The position numbers and the translations under genes are program-made. A stretch of 53,748 nucleotides of DNA from Gemmatimonadales bacterium (GTDB taxonomy: Bacteria; Gemmatimonadota; Gemmatimonadetes; Gemmatimonadales; GWC2-71-9): the NCBI GenBank assembly GCA_039930845.1, contig JBDTTA010000002.1, positions 1 to 53,748 on the forward strand, in the 5' to 3' direction. Of the stretch, positions 15,671-24,045 are shown one piece after another; position 1 is the first letter of the stretch, and the number at the start of each line of letters is the position of its first letter. Below the pieces are notes generated by a model. It saw nothing but the letters and a program-made list of their open reading frames with translations. It was not told where the DNA came from and searched no databases.

Positions 15671-16911
15671 TGTTCCGGGGATGGCTCGCCGCGGCCCTCG
15701 CGCTCGCGGCGGTCGCCGCCGTGGTTGCGGCGATTGCACTGGGGGCCGGGCGGGCAGGAAGCGCCGAAGTGATGCAGCCCGCCGCCGTCTCACGCCCTGC
15801 CATTGTGATGAACGAAACGCCGGACACCCTTCGCCGGGGCGAAACGGTGTCGGACCTCTTGGCCCGGCACGACATTCGCCTCGATTTCGGCGCGCTCGGC
15901 ACCACGCTTCCCTTCAATCCCCGGCGGCTTCCCTCGGGTCTCGTGTTCAGCTTCGGCCAGACCCTCGCCGATTCCTCCCCGAGCCGCATCACCGTTCGCA
16001 GCACGCCCGAGCAGCGCGTCATCTTTCGCCGCCTTGGTAACAACTGGAGCACTGCGGTGGAGACGATTCCATGGACGCCCGAGCCGGTCCGGATCGAGGG
16101 CGCCATCGACAACTCGCTGTACGAGGCGCTCGATGCGCAGGTGAGCGACGACGAGCTCGATTCCGGCGGACGCCAGCGTCTGGCGTGGGATCTTGCGGAT
16201 GTGTTCGCCTGGCAGGTGGACTTCACGCGCGATATCCGTCCCGGTGACCGATTCAAGGTCCTCTTCGAACGACTCGTCTCGCCGGACGGCGAGGTGCGAT
16301 TCGGACGAGTGCTCGCGAGCCACCTCACCATGTCCGGAAAGAATCTCACCGCATTCCGATTCGATTCGGGTCCTCGTCCGGCCTACTACGACTCCGCGGG
16401 CAACTCGCTTCGCCGGGCCTTCCTGCGCGCGCCGGTGCAGTTCCGCCGCATCTCTTCGAGCTTCGCACGGGCCAGGTTCCACCCGGTGCTCGGCATCACG
16501 CGCCGCCATGAGGGCACTGACTACGCCGCCGATCCCGGGACGCCGGTCCTGGCGGCAGGCGACGGCGTCGTTTCACGGGCCGGATGGGCCGGCGGCTATG
16601 GGAACCTGATCGAGCTCCGGCATCGGAATGGGATCGTCACACGGTACGGGCACCTGCGCGGCTTCGCCAGAAATGTTCGGGCGGGAGCGCGTGTCTCCCA
16701 GGGCCAGGTGATCGGCTACGTCGGATCCACCGGACTCGCCACCGGACCGCACCTCCATTACGAGTTCCGGGTCAATGGCGCGGCCCGCGATCCGCGGCGG
16801 GTGGCGACGGGCAATGGAGAGCCGATACCCGGCGCGCTCCGCGGCGTGTTCGAGCGGGAGCGAGAGAGACTCCTGGCTCTCGGCTCTTCGCTTCTGGCCA
16901 ATAGCCAATAG
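15670..16911 (+). CDS. M23 family (LytM-type) metallopeptidase with an N-terminal membrane anchor
   Basis: HEGTDYAA (HxxxD) and GPHLHYEF (HxH) zinc ligands are intact. The ATG shares one base with the ftsZ TGA. Confidence 0.85.
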   Translation: MFRGWLAAALALAAVAAVVAAIALGAGRAGSAEVMQPAAVSRPAIVMNETPDTLRRGETVSDLLARHDIRLDFGALGTTLPFNPRRLPSGLVFSFGQTLADSSPSRITVRSTPEQRVIFRRLGNNWSTAVETIPWTPEPVRIEGAIDNSLYEALDAQVSDDELDSGGRQRLAWDLADVFAWQVDFTRDIRPGDRFKVLFERLVSPDGEVRFGRVLASHLTMSGKNLTAFRFDSGPRPAYYDSAGNSLRRAFLRAPVQFRRISSSFARARFHPVLGITRRHEGTDYAADPGTPVLAAGDGVVSRAGWAGGYGNLIELRHRNGIVTRYGHLRGFARNVRAGARVSQGQVIGYVGSTGLATGPHLHYEFRVNGAARDPRRVATGNGEPIPGALRGVFERERERLLALGSSLLANSQ

Positions 16912-16938
16912 CCAATAGCGAACAGCGCACAGCGCCCC
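16897..16938. repeat. Six-unit tandem heptamer array (gccaata x3, gcgaaca, gcgcaca, gcgcccc). It runs from the last codons and stop of the M23 gene to the hisA start.
   Basis: Read directly. A 7-bp period covers 42 bp, with the units degenerating in the 3' direction. Confidence 0.7.
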
Positions 16939-17670
16939 TTGCATCTCTACCCCGCCATCGACATTCGGAACGGTCAAGTCGTTCGCCTCAGCCAGGGCGA
17001 GGCCGGCCGGCAAATCGTCTACGGACACGATCCGGTGGCGGTCGCCGAGCGATTCGTCGCGCAGGGGGCGGAGTGGATCCACGTGGTGGATCTCGACCGG
17101 GCGTTCGGTAGCGGGGAAAATGTCGAGAGCGTCCGCCGCATCGTCACCGCCGTCGGACAGCACGTCCGGATACAGCTCGGTGGGGGACTGCGTTCGCTCC
17201 CGCAGCTTCGCGAAGGACTCGACCTCGGTGTCGCGCGGGTCGTGGTCGGTACTTCCGCTGTGCTCGACCCGGCCTTCGTTCCGGCAGCGATCGCGGAGGC
17301 GGGGTCCGCCAGACTCGCTGTGGGCGTGGATACGCGCGATGGGATGGTCGCGGTGCGAGGGTGGACGGAGACGTCCACGCAGCGCGCCGAGGACCTGGTC
17401 CGGCGGGTGGCGGCCGATGGGGTGGAGACGGTCATCTATACCGACGTGTCGCGCGATGGGATGCTCCAGGGTGCCGACGTATCGGGAGCGCTTGCCTTGC
17501 AGCAGGCCGGTACCCGGGTGATCGCGAGCGGCGGCGTCTCGAGCCTGGCCGATGTGCGGGCGGTGCGGGACGCGGGGCTCGCGGGCGCCATCATCGGTCG
17601 CGCGCTCTACGAAGGGCGATTCGATCTGGCAGAAGCGCTCGAAGCCGCGCGATGCGCGTCGCCCTCGTAA
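16939..17670 (+). CDS. hisA: HisA-type ProFAR isomerase ((beta/alpha)8 barrel). TTG start.
   Basis: LYPAIDIRNGQVVRL, VVDLDRAFG, QLGGGLRS, YTDVSRDGMLQG, ASGGVSSLADV. No other his genes lie nearby. Confidence 0.8.
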   Translation: MHLYPAIDIRNGQVVRLSQGEAGRQIVYGHDPVAVAERFVAQGAEWIHVVDLDRAFGSGENVESVRRIVTAVGQHVRIQLGGGLRSLPQLREGLDLGVARVVVGTSAVLDPAFVPAAIAEAGSARLAVGVDTRDGMVAVRGWTETSTQRAEDLVRRVAADGVETVIYTDVSRDGMLQGADVSGALALQQAGTRVIASGGVSSLADVRAVRDAGLAGAIIGRALYEGRFDLAEALEAARCASPS

Positions 17671-19448
17671 TCCTCGCCGCCGCTGCGCTGGCGGCCTTCA
17701 CCTACCTGTATCTGGAACGGGCCGGCGCACGCGGCTGGGCCGCCGCCACCTGCCGAGCCATCGCCTGGTCGGCCATCGGACTCCTCCTGCTCAACGCCGG
17801 CTGTCCGGTGGCCGGCCCGTCACTCCGGCCGCTGGTGCTGCTCGACGGGTCGCTCAGCATGACCGCGGCGGGCGGACGCTGGGCCGAGGCGAAGGATTCG
17901 GCCGCGCGCTGGGGCGAGGTCAGGCTGTTCGGCGACGAGCGTGGTCCCACCGACTCGACGCCATCACGAGGCCGGTCGTTGCTGGCGCCCTCGCTCCTTG
18001 CCGCTTCGGCGTCGCCGCGGCGGGTGATCGTCGTGACCGACGGCGAAATCGAGGATGTGCCCGACATCCCCGCTGACATCCTGGCCCGGACCACCGTCCG
18101 GCTCTTCGCTCGAGCGCCGGCATTCGACGTCGCGCTGACGAGACTCAGCGGGCCCTCGCGCGTGACCGCGGGCGACTCCATCGCGCTCGACATCGAGATC
18201 GAGATATCGGGAGGCACGGCACCCGATACGGTGTCGGTCGAGATGACCCTCGCAAAGAAGCGGCTCGCACTCCGGCGCGTGCGGATCACCGACGGCGTGG
18301 GCAAGGGAAGAATCGTGGTGCCGAGCTCCGCAGTGGGTCCGGGAGATCATCTCCTCGGCGTGTCCCTGGTAGGCGTGACGGATGCGGAGCCTCGGACCGA
18401 CTCCCGGCTCCATCTGGTCACGGTCGCCCCGACGCCAGGCGTCGTGCTGCTCGCCGCACCCGCCGACTGGGACAGCCGATTCCTTTATCGAACGTTGCGC
18501 GAGGTGGCGCAGCTTCCCGTCCAGGGCTTCGTCCGGCTCGACCCCGATCGCTGGCGCTCGATGAGTGACCTCCGGGTGGTGACCGCTGAACAGGTGCGCA
18601 GGTCCGCGCGTCGCGCCGACCTCCTGATTCTCAAGGGCGGCGTCGAGTCTCTGGCGGAGGGGACGACCGCGCGGGGAATACTCGCCTGGCCGGCGCCCGA
18701 GGCGGCGGACGCCCAGCTCACCGGCGATTGGTATCTCGCCGCCGATGGAAGCTCGCCCCTCGGCGGAGCGTTCGTGGGGCAGCCGGTAGACTCCTTTCCC
18801 CCCGCGATTCAGCTCACACCACTCGAGACAGGGCCCGCCGACTGGATTGCACTCTCGGCGCGGCTTGGTCGCAGGGGTGCGCCGAGGCCGGCGGTCTTCG
18901 GCCGGGACGAGGGGCGCACGCGGCGAGTCGTGGTGGCGGTTGACGGACTCTGGCGCTGGGCGTTCCGCGGCGGATCGAGCGAGGAGAGCTACCGTTCCTG
19001 GGTGGCGGCGACGGCGAGCTGGCTCCTCGGTGGCGTCGATACGGTTCAGGGACTGGCCAGGGCGATACGGCCCGTCGTTCCGAACGGACGACCGCTGGTC
19101 TTCGACTGGACGGGGTCGGGTCCTGCCATCCCCCTGGCCATCGCCTGGTCCGGAGCAGGCGCGAGCGGGACCGACACGCTCACATTCGACGGGTCCGGGA
19201 GGGCAACGCTCTGGCGACGACCGGGTGCCTATCGCTATCGACTCGCGCGGGGCGGATCGGGAGCCGTGGCCGTAGAGGAATACTCCGATGAGCTGCGCCC
19301 GCACCGCGTGACACTCAAGGGCAGGGAATCGGCGGCGCCAACGCCGACCGGGCAGCAATCGGCACGAGACTGGCCCTGGTTGTTCGTCTTCTGCATTCTG
19401 GCGCTCGCCGGGGAATGGCTTGCGCGGCGGCGGCTGGGACTGCGGTGA
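17652..19448 (+). CDS. Membrane protein with two N-terminal TM segments, a degenerate vWA-like region and a C-terminal TM anchor (BatA-like architecture)
   Basis: Two N-terminal hydrophobic helices, LLDGSLSM (DxSxS MIDAS-like), VIVVTDGEIEDV, and the C-terminal WPWLFVFCILALAGEWLARRR. The ORF upstream of 17652 overlaps hisA. Confidence 0.45.
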   Translation: MRVALVILAAAALAAFTYLYLERAGARGWAAATCRAIAWSAIGLLLLNAGCPVAGPSLRPLVLLDGSLSMTAAGGRWAEAKDSAARWGEVRLFGDERGPTDSTPSRGRSLLAPSLLAASASPRRVIVVTDGEIEDVPDIPADILARTTVRLFARAPAFDVALTRLSGPSRVTAGDSIALDIEIEISGGTAPDTVSVEMTLAKKRLALRRVRITDGVGKGRIVVPSSAVGPGDHLLGVSLVGVTDAEPRTDSRLHLVTVAPTPGVVLLAAPADWDSRFLYRTLREVAQLPVQGFVRLDPDRWRSMSDLRVVTAEQVRRSARRADLLILKGGVESLAEGTTARGILAWPAPEAADAQLTGDWYLAADGSSPLGGAFVGQPVDSFPPAIQLTPLETGPADWIALSARLGRRGAPRPAVFGRDEGRTRRVVVAVDGLWRWAFRGGSSEESYRSWVAATASWLLGGVDTVQGLARAIRPVVPNGRPLVFDWTGSGPAIPLAIAWSGAGASGTDTLTFDGSGRATLWRRPGAYRYRLARGGSGAVAVEEYSDELRPHRVTLKGRESAAPTPTGQQSARDWPWLFVFCILALAGEWLARRRLGLR

Positions 19449-19467
19449 GAGGAGTATAGGTTTCGTC

Positions 19468-20397
19468 ATGACCAACAGCAGACTGGGCGAGCGGAAAGAG
19501 GGGCTGTGGACCCGCATCAAGCAGCTGGCAATGACGGACGTCGGCGCCCTGATTCGCGGTCTCAATGCCGAGGATGTCGAGAAGATCGAGCGCATTCTCA
19601 TCGAAGCCGATTTCGGGGTCGCCGCCACCGTCGAGCTGACGCAGGTGCTCGAGGATGAAATCCGCGATGGCAAGCTCAAGAGCGAGGCCGATCTGCGCGA
19701 GGCGCTCCAGGGGCGGCTCGCCGCCATGCTCGATGGCGGCCCCGCGCCGGGCCATCTCGCCCGTGCGGCCGAGGGCCCAACCGTCATCCTCATCGTCGGC
19801 GTCAACGGCACCGGGAAGACCACCACCGCCGCCAAGCTCGCCCGGAGATTGCAGCGCGAAAAGCGAAAGGTCCTCCTGGCCGCGGCGGATACATATCGCG
19901 CAGGGGCCATCGCGCAGCTTCAGGTATGGGCGGAGCGGCTCGCCTTGCCGTGCGTGGCCGGTGCGCCGGGCGGCGACCCGGCCGCGGTGGCGTTCGACGC
20001 CATCGACGCGGCCATCTCGAGGGGGCTCGACACGGTCGTGGTCGATACCGCGGGGCGCCTGCATACGCAGGAAGGGCTCATGGATGAATTGCGCAAGGTG
20101 GTGAGGGTGGTGGCCCGGCGGCTCCCCGGCGCACCGCACGAAACGCTGCTCGTCCTCGACGGAACGGTGGGACAGAACGCCCTGCAGCAGGGGAGGCTCT
20201 TCGTGCAGGCGGTCAATCCCACCGGAATCGTCGTCACCAAGCTCGATGGCAGCGCGCGGGGTGGCGCCGTGACCGCCCTGAGGCGGGAGCTGGGCCTGCC
20301 CATCCGGTTTATCGGCGTGGGTGAAGGAGTGGACGATCTCGAGCCCTTCGATGCGCGTCGCTTCGCCGCTCATCTGCTCTCGGACGATGCCGCGTGA
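19468..20397 (+). CDS. ftsY: Signal recognition particle receptor FtsY (short form, lacking a long acidic A domain)
   Basis: VGVNGTGKTTTAAKLA, DTAGRLH, TKLDGSARGG. gaggag lies upstream of the ATG at 19468. Confidence 0.9.
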   Translation: MTNSRLGERKEGLWTRIKQLAMTDVGALIRGLNAEDVEKIERILIEADFGVAATVELTQVLEDEIRDGKLKSEADLREALQGRLAAMLDGGPAPGHLARAAEGPTVILIVGVNGTGKTTTAAKLARRLQREKRKVLLAAADTYRAGAIAQLQVWAERLALPCVAGAPGGDPAAVAFDAIDAAISRGLDTVVVDTAGRLHTQEGLMDELRKVVRVVARRLPGAPHETLLVLDGTVGQNALQQGRLFVQAVNPTGIVVTKLDGSARGGAVTALRRELGLPIRFIGVGEGVDDLEPFDARRFAAHLLSDDAA

Positions 20398-22502
20398 GTG
20401 TCTCACATGCATCGAGGACTCGGCCCAGCGGGGCCTTGAGGCTCGACACCCCGGTCAAGTTTCTCAAGGGCATCGGCGAGCGCCGCGCCGAGTTGCTGGA
20501 GCGGCTTGGCGTCCGCACGGCCCGCGACCTTCTCTGGCATCTTCCCCATCGCTACGTGGACGCCTCCTCCGTTACTCCCCTCGCCAGGGCTCGGGTGGGC
20601 ATGGAGGTCGCGTGCGTCGGGAAGGTTGTGGCCAAGGGGGTTCTCCCGACTCGCCGGGGCCTCCGGATCTTTCACGCCGTCCTCCGCGATGACAGCGGCG
20701 TGCTCGAGTGCGTATGGCCTGGTCAGGCCTTCCTCGATCGAACCATCACCATCGGTCAGACAATCCTCGTCTCCGGTCCCGTGCGGTTTTATCACGGCCG
20801 CCAGCTCGTCCCCCGCGAGTTCGTTGTTCTTGTCGACGCCGACGCCGACGGCGACCCCGATCCACTCTCGGCCGGCAAGGTGCTGCCGGTGTATCCCGCC
20901 ACCGAGGGATTGAGCCATAAGGTCATCAGGTCGCTTCTCGAGCGGCACCTCGACGCGCTCATCGCGCTTTCCGTGGACATTCTTCCCGAATCGCTCCGCC
21001 TCTCGCTCGGCCTGCTGGCGCTCCCCGAGGCGCTCAGAGCGGTGCATCGGCCCACGTCATCCGAGGAGGCGGAGAAGGGCCGTCGTCGTCTGGCTTTCGA
21101 CGAGCTGCTCGATCTCCAGCTGATGCTCATCCGCGCGCGTACCGTCGCCAAGCGGCAGCGCAGCGGCATCGCGTTCGAGGTGAAACGGCTGCATACCACA
21201 CGGCTTCGGGAGAGCCTGCCTTGGGAGCTCACGCACGACCAGCAACAGGCGATCCGCGAGATCACCGCCGACATGACGGCGCCCGACCGGATGCACCGAC
21301 TGTTAATGGGTGATGTCGGCACGGGGAAGACGGTCGTTGCGCTCTTTGCGATGCTGCTCGCGGTGGAGAACGACTTTCAGGCCGCGCTGATGGCGCCGAC
21401 CGAGCTTCTCGCCGAGCAGCACGCCGTGACGCTCACCCGCCTGCTCGAGCGGCTGGAGATGCGCCCCGAGCTCCTGCTCGGCCGGCAGTCCGCCGCGGAC
21501 AAGTCGGCCGTGCGCGCGCGGCTGGCGTCGGGCGAAAGCCGCCTCGCCATCGGCACGCATGCGCTCATGCAGGAGAGCGTGTCGTTCCGGAGGCTCGGCC
21601 TGGTCGTGATCGACGAGCAACACCGTTTCGGGGTAGAGCAGCGGGCGGCGCTCATCGGCAAGGGCGCGGCGCCCGATGTGCTGCTGCTGACCGCCACCCC
21701 GATCCCGCGCACCCTCGCCCTCACGCTCTACGGCGATCTCGACGTGTCCACGCTGCGCGAGCGCCCACCCGGCCGCGGCACCATTCGGACGGCGGTCCGG
21801 CGCGAGAGCCAGCGGGACAACGTCCTCGAGTTCGTGCAGGGGGAGTGTGAGCGCGGGCGGCAGGCGTATGTCGTGCTGCCGGTCATCGAGGAGTCGGAGC
21901 GTGCGGATTTGCGAGCGGCGACCACCATGGCGCAGGCCCTCGCGGCGCGCTGGCCCGATCTCGAGGTGGGACTGGTGCATGGACGGCTCAAGGCGGATGA
22001 GCGCGATGACGTCATGCGCCGATTCCGGGCCGGCGAGGTCGACGTGATGGTGGCCACGACGGTCATCGAGGTGGGCATCGACGTGCCCAACGCCACGATC
22101 ATGGCCATCGAGCATCCCGAGCGGTTCGGGCTGGCGCAGCTCCATCAGCTCAGGGGACGTGTGGGGCGCGGCGCCGACGAGAGTTTCTGCATCCTCCTCG
22201 ACAACGGGCCCGGCGCCGATCGGCTTCGGGCCTTTGCCGGAACGCATGACGGATTTCGCATCGCGGAGCTCGACCTCCAGGAGCGGGGAATGGGGGACCT
22301 CATCGGCGCCCGCCAGGCGGGAAGCTTCGAGGTGCGGCACGCGCGCCTGCCAGGGGATGAGGATCTCCTCACCCGCGCGCGCGAGCTGGCCATCCGGCTC
22401 ATCGGGGCCGACCCGGCACTGCAGCGGCCGGCCAACCAGCCGCTGCGGGAGCGGGCGGTGTCGCGCTATCCGCGGGCGGTGGAGTTGTTTCGGGTGGGGT
22501 AG
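20394..22502 (+). CDS. recG: ATP-dependent DNA helicase RecG
   Basis: LMGDVGTGKTVVA (motif I), VIDEQHRFG (motif II), QLHQLRGRVGRG (motif VI), and an N-terminal wedge/OB region. GTGA overlap with ftsY. Confidence 0.9.
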   Translation: MSVSHASRTRPSGALRLDTPVKFLKGIGERRAELLERLGVRTARDLLWHLPHRYVDASSVTPLARARVGMEVACVGKVVAKGVLPTRRGLRIFHAVLRDDSGVLECVWPGQAFLDRTITIGQTILVSGPVRFYHGRQLVPREFVVLVDADADGDPDPLSAGKVLPVYPATEGLSHKVIRSLLERHLDALIALSVDILPESLRLSLGLLALPEALRAVHRPTSSEEAEKGRRRLAFDELLDLQLMLIRARTVAKRQRSGIAFEVKRLHTTRLRESLPWELTHDQQQAIREITADMTAPDRMHRLLMGDVGTGKTVVALFAMLLAVENDFQAALMAPTELLAEQHAVTLTRLLERLEMRPELLLGRQSAADKSAVRARLASGESRLAIGTHALMQESVSFRRLGLVVIDEQHRFGVEQRAALIGKGAAPDVLLLTATPIPRTLALTLYGDLDVSTLRERPPGRGTIRTAVRRESQRDNVLEFVQGECERGRQAYVVLPVIEESERADLRAATTMAQALAARWPDLEVGLVHGRLKADERDDVMRRFRAGEVDVMVATTVIEVGIDVPNATIMAIEHPERFGLAQLHQLRGRVGRGADESFCILLDNGPGADRLRAFAGTHDGFRIAELDLQERGMGDLIGARQAGSFEVRHARLPGDEDLLTRARELAIRLIGADPALQRPANQPLRERAVSRYPRAVELFRVG

Positions 22503-22504
22503 GG

Positions 22505-22957
22505 CTAGAAGTTGACCCGGACCCCGAGGCCGGTGGCCTGGTTCAAGCTCCGCACTTCCGGCTCGAACGGGATGTTGTCGGGCTTCGTGGTGTGCCGTGT
22601 CAGCTCCCAGACGAAAATGGCGGCGGAGCCGAGCAGGGCCGCCTCGCCGCCGAAGAGCAGGCGGCGCGCGCGCCGGTCGTAGTGCGCCGATTGCTGGTAC
22701 AGCAACTCGCTCGTCGCGTCCAGGTATCGTCCGGACGCGTCGAGATCGCACAGGCGATTATCGCCAAGGCACCGCGTCTCGAGCACGCCGAAGCTGTCAT
22801 CGGCCCGGTGGTGATCTCGTGAGGCAAGATAGTTCAAGCCGAGTGCACCGGCGGCCATCACCCATTTGCCGTACTTGAACAGCGGTCTGCTGCCCTGCGC
22901 AGACGCCGGCGCGGCCAGGAGCACCAGCAGGAGCGACCAGATCAGGCCGCGGATCAT
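22505..22957 (-). CDS. Hypothetical secreted or outer-membrane-associated protein (150 aa)
   Basis: Signal peptide MIRGLIWSLLLVLLAAPASAQ and a C-terminal ...GVRVNF. ATGA overlap with the upstream BamB-like gene. No recognisable family. Confidence 0.45.
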   Translation of the reverse strand: MIRGLIWSLLLVLLAAPASAQGSRPLFKYGKWVMAAGALGLNYLASRDHHRADDSFGVLETRCLGDNRLCDLDASGRYLDATSELLYQQSAHYDRRARRLLFGGEAALLGSAAIFVWELTRHTTKPDNIPFEPEVRSLNQATGLGVRVNF

Positions 22958-24021
22958 CGGCGGAACCGGTGCAGGTCGCCGTCGCCACCCACCGCAAGAA
23001 TGCCATCGCTCAGCGCGATCGGACCGAGTTCGACAGGCCGCCACAGTTGTACCCTCCACCGCTCTTCACCTGCCGGTGTGAGCGCGCGGATGGCACCGTC
23101 GGCGCCACCGAGCAGGATCTGTCCATCCACAATCGTCACCGGAGCGGTGATCGGCCAGTCGAGCGCGACAACTGGCTGGGCGCGGGGGGCGGAGTCGGCC
23201 ACAATCCGGTAGAGAGTCCCACGGCGGGTGGCCGCATAAATCGTGTCACCCATGGCGGCGGGAGAGGCGAGCACCGGGGCGTCCAGATTGACGCGCCACT
23301 CGACGCTCACATCGTCGGCGCGCACGGCGATGACCAGCGAATCGGTGGTGCCGGCCACGAGCAAGCCATGCAGCGGAATCCACGGCGAAAGCACCGTGCC
23401 CGGCGAGCGTGCCCGGTGGGAGACCTTGCCATCGGCTACACCAACCACAAAGAGCGAATCCACGGTTGCCACCATCACGGAGACGCTGTCGGCGGGGACG
23501 GCAGCCACCCGGGCGACCCCCACGCGCCGCCGCCACTTGATAGCGCCGCTGGCGGCGTCGAGTCCGAGCAGCTCTCCGCGCTGGGTGGGAGCGATCAGCA
23601 CGCCCTTCCAGATGGCGAGTGGCGCGCCCACGAGACCGGTCGAGGACTGCCAGTAGCGACGGCCGGTGAGCCGGTCCAGCGCAAAGACCCGTCCCTGCGG
23701 CCGTGAGGTCGCGGCGTATACTGTGTCGCCCGAGACCAGCAGGCCGCCCGCGATGATGCCCGAGAGACGGCTCGACCAGCGCGTGATGCCGCTCGAGAGC
23801 TCCACGGCGTACACCTTCCGGTCTACACCCGCTCCGTAAAAGGTCTGGTCGTCGATAGCCACCGGTCCGGTGAACCGCCGGCCGACGCTGGCGGCCCACG
23901 CCTGGGTGGGTGCGTCGCCGGCGGCCGTCACGGAGAGCGGCGCGGGCGCGGGGCGAAAGTTCACACACGCCGCGTTGACGGCCCCGGAGAGGAGGGCTAG
24001 ACTGAACGCTCCCCGGCGCAC
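22954..24021 (-). CDS. PQQ-like beta-propeller repeat lipoprotein, BamB-like
   Basis: The GTG at 24021 gives MRRGAFSLALLSGAVNAAC (lipoprotein-like signal). Repeated motifs such as RVFALDRLTGRRYWQ, ELLGLDAASGAIKWR and AIRALTPAGEERWR. The ORF part at 24022-24696 is antisense to asnS and is rejected. Confidence 0.7.
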   Translation of the reverse strand: MRRGAFSLALLSGAVNAACVNFRPAPAPLSVTAAGDAPTQAWAASVGRRFTGPVAIDDQTFYGAGVDRKVYAVELSSGITRWSSRLSGIIAGGLLVSGDTVYAATSRPQGRVFALDRLTGRRYWQSSTGLVGAPLAIWKGVLIAPTQRGELLGLDAASGAIKWRRRVGVARVAAVPADSVSVMVATVDSLFVVGVADGKVSHRARSPGTVLSPWIPLHGLLVAGTTDSLVIAVRADDVSVEWRVNLDAPVLASPAAMGDTIYAATRRGTLYRIVADSAPRAQPVVALDWPITAPVTIVDGQILLGGADGAIRALTPAGEERWRVQLWRPVELGPIALSDGILAVGGDGDLHRFRR

Positions 24022-24045
24022 CCCAATTCTCAGAACGGAACAGGC

